From Chrysomallon squamiferum (taxonomy: Eukaryota; Animalia; Mollusca): a DNA stretch of 64,000 bases. Location: assembly GCA_012295275.1 (NCBI GenBank), contig CM022671.1, positions 27,280,001 to 27,344,000 of the forward strand. Direction: 5' to 3'. Below the pieces are notes generated by a model. That model did no database searches and was not told the DNA's origin. It saw only the letters and a program-made list of their open reading frames with translations. This document shows positions 60,246-64,000 of the stretch, piece after piece; the stretch's first letter is position 1, and each line of letters opens with the position of its first letter. Position numbers and translations under genes: made by a program.

Positions 60246-63200
60246 CAGGACATAAGTTTGACCAGAAACGTAAATATTACTACATATTTTTAATAGAAGT
60301 TCAAAACAATGCATAAATACAAAAATATTGACATATACTGCAGAGAAAAACACAAACACACACACACACAGATACAAAATAAAAAGTATAAAGAATAATA
60401 ATAATAATTATAATATAGTGATAATGAATACAGATCAGTTAGTCTTTATTTAGAATTAAGAAAAGATGATTTTTTAACACTAAAATGTCAATCATATTTT
60501 GATAGGTTAAAAAAAAAAAAAAAAAAAAAATAAGTTTACTTCACTTCATTAAAACTTGTATCTAGGCTACTAAATCCTAGAATTCTGTCAGAAAAACCAA
60601 ACAAAAGACATGATATATCTTTTTCAGTAAAACATCTGCAGACAGAAATTTTGTGTGCTTTAAATCAGTTGACTAAATATATACAATAACAAACTATCAC
60701 TGTTGAAAAGTATAGAGTTTAGATAATTTGCCTGACTTGCCATTGATGAATCTGAGCCTGACTGTATTGTTAACATTCTCTCTGAATGACATACAAGCTT
60801 TCATATACTGCTACATTCAGGTGAACTGGTGACATTACTAAACAGTTTTATTTAAGCTACAGTTTAATATTTGCTTTACAATGTGAATATATTATGTTGT
60901 TTGTAAATATGCAAGGATTGGTTGTTGCTTTGCTTTAGCAGATAATTCTGTTACAAAGTCTACTCAGATTAACAGAATGGTAGACATCATGATTACATCT
61001 AGTAAAGACTGCAAACCAGGCTACCTGAGAACTCAAGTAGCTTTAACAATTAAGATAATATTGATTAACATAATTCCATTTTTTTATTTAAAATATTTAT
61101 TTATTTATTTTATTTTTTTGCCAAACACTATCACTTTTTTTTTTTTTTTTAGACACTTAACTGGATTGAAAAATTGTCTGTATTAGAAAATATGAATGTT
61201 TGTTTTAGCCAAAGCTTCACAACATTTATCAGTTTATATAATTATAAATATGGCTGTACTACAGTGTGAATACAAAATGGTTACAGAGAAAGAACAGTGG
61301 TAATATTGTGACATCATGTTTCCTATGTCATCTCTGTCTTCTAACCATCTGTATGTTAAAACAAGCTAATGGTTTGTTGTTGCATTAGCTTTATTATTAT
61401 TATTATATAAATTTTTAAAAACTTTATTTATTGTTTGTTTGTTTAACAGTTCATATTTTCATTACCTTACATCAGTCTTTGTAATTGTTTTAGATTTGTA
61501 TTTTAGGGAAAATTATATGATGGATGTAAAAATATACTTTTAAAAATAAATTGCAAGCTGTAATAAGTTTAGAAATTTTGGATATCTACATATGTACGTA
61601 CATACATACACACAGTCACAACTTACATACAAAATATGGCTTTTTAATGATATTTAAAGATCATTAAGTGGTTACTTTGCTATTATACTTCCTATAATCT
61701 TCACTGATTAACATGAACAAAAAGGCCACAGGGAGTCAAGTCATTTCTTGTTATTACTAGCTTTACATTCCTATATTTAGGAATTTTGTTTTCTTCAGCT
61801 TAATCCTTGTATACCACCTTTCCAGGTACGCCTACATCTTTACCGTCTATGCAGTGGTATAACAATACTTGCTAAGGATAAACTGGAACCCCAGTGGGTT
61901 TTAAGACAAGTTTACAAGGATGTAGACTGATTATGTATGACAAGAAAGCATTGTTATATAGGTTAAGTGTGTATATATTTGAATAACAAACAGCATTATG
62001 TATTTTTCTGTGGTAGGTTTAGAACACATTGTAACTCTGTTGTTGTTACTTAACTTTGCTAAAAACATCACAATACAGACAAGATATGAATGTGGATTAG
62101 GTATGTATTTTGTGTATAAAATAGTTATATAAAAAAAAAAGCACAGTGGTATCATTGTGGCATCATATTTCCTGTGTTATCTGTATTTTAACCATCTGTA
62201 TGTCTTGTTTTGTATTTATGTTTTAAGAAACATGTTTTAATATTATTTTATATTCTCAGTCACTTGCTGAGGTTTGTCAGTGTATACTACTTGAATTGTA
62301 TTTTCTTAAGTAATAATTTGACTTTCATGTGACAGATACATACATGATCTAAATATATATATAATTATATCAATGATATAGTGATACAGTGATACTTACT
62401 TAGATTTTATTTTTTTAAGTAATAAATTGACCTATAACAAATTATCATATAAACTACATACGATTATTTTTATTGTCAAAGTAATAACAATAATACTAAT
62501 TTCAGATTCTTGTAGAAAAAGATAATAAATTTAAATTAAAGCATTTTTTATGTAATGTAGTACATAATATTGAACTATGTAAAGAACAGATTTTTAGCAA
62601 GGCCCATATTAAACAACCTAAAGTTCCTGCCATGAAATAAAACAAATATTAAAAAAATAGTTTTGCATATAGTGTGATATGCCTGAATTTGCCAGAGCTT
62701 TATGCCTTAATATGATACAAATTTTGGTAAAATTTAATGTTAATATTCTGATATATATATATTTATATGTACCACTAAATAAATAGAAAATAAGTTGAAT
62801 GGGTTCACATTGCACTATTTCATGTATTTTTCAAATTAAGGCAGTATGTTGTTTTCTGGATGGTGACACAAAAATGCACTGAATGGGGCTGATTGGTGTA
62901 GACAAATGGCTTTGTTGACAGTATTTCCTTTAAGGAAGTGTGGAGAATGCATTCTTGCTCCGAATAATGTGTTCATTCACAAATAAGCATTAGCTCATCA
63001 GGAGAAACTGTTTGCTGTGACAAGCTGCTCGCTGTTTCTAACTAGGAAGGAAGCTGCACAATATAAAACCTTGTTAAAACATCACGCTAATACACTGCAT
63101 TTGTCAGTACACTTTCTTAATACTTGTTTTGTTTTTATAGTTATGTAATGTTTATGTTGTTAACAAAAACAACAATTAAAAAACAACCTTTTCCTTCATA

Positions 63201-64000
63201 TTTTATTATTATTATCATTCTTTTTCTTAATTTGTAATTAAGGAAAAAAAACAAAAATAAAAACCTCTACTAACTGGTTAAATTTGTTAGGCTGGTAGAA
63301 GATTGTATCATTTTTGAACTATTTGTAATTTCAAGTTCAACCAGTGCTTCCAAAGACTTGGTTATCATGTTTTTTGCTTTCAGAAATATGCATATAATTA
63401 TATATAAAAAAATGCCTCTTGCTTATTGACAGGAATAGGTTTCATTTTTCATTATACCTTTTATCATTATACACAACCCTGCATATTTGACTCCTAATAA
63501 CCATAAAAAATAAAAAATTTGTTCAGGCATCAGTAATAATTTTTTCGTTTTTTCAGTAACAAATCTGTTTGTTATCCTTTCTTTCTGCAATTAAAATCTT
63601 TACTTGTACATATTCTTTAATACTGAAGAAAACGGGCTACTACATTTTTCTTCACATTTTAGGATTCAGTTAGATTAATTATTCCAATAAGTAAATGTTA
63701 TAGCCGATCCACTGTTTTATTGTTGTGTTGTTGTGTGTTCAGCATTCTTTCTAGCATAGTAATGTCACCCCTCATTAACAATATGTTCTGTTAAAACAAT
63801 GACATTCTCATTTGACTTCGTGGAAGAAACCTGGTATTATTTATTTTGATACAATTGATTACAGCTGTTCATTGTTAAAGATGGAAGTTGATATGGAGTA
63901 TCAATTTATGGGCTAAATTTTTTTTTAGTGTTAGCAGTTAAATGCTTGAAAAATTAAGAAATAAAAATAATTCTCAGTATATTATTTTTGTAAAAACGAG

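Overview
AT-rich, intron-rich animal genomic DNA. An invertebrate, probably a mollusc, is my inference from composition and repeat content. The core is a tandem array of three minus-strand SLC22/MFS organic-ion transporter paralogues, here called A (26.0-30.7 kb), B (33.2-38.8 kb) and C (46.3-52.3 kb), each with nine coding exons in identical positions and phases. A and C are intact. B has a single -1 frameshift in coding exon 1 and is otherwise intact. A LIM-kinase gene starts on the plus strand at 57.5 kb, head-to-head with C. The first 22.7 kb look like a long intron of an unidentified minus-strand gene whose promoter and first exon lie near 22.7-22.9 kb. Mobile elements are a 2.8-kb Sola2-like DNA transposon with ~600-bp TIRs, a 579-bp deletion derivative of it, a decayed Tc1 transposase, and several pogo/Tigger- and hAT-type MITEs. 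I found no convincing wholly new biological system. The best leads are a CpG mosaic that singles out paralogue B, the B frameshift, one paralogous intron that collects transposons, nuclear-receptor motifs carried by a transposon into a transporter intron, and a splice donor regenerated at the LIMK exon 1/2 junction. All comparisons were made by eye.
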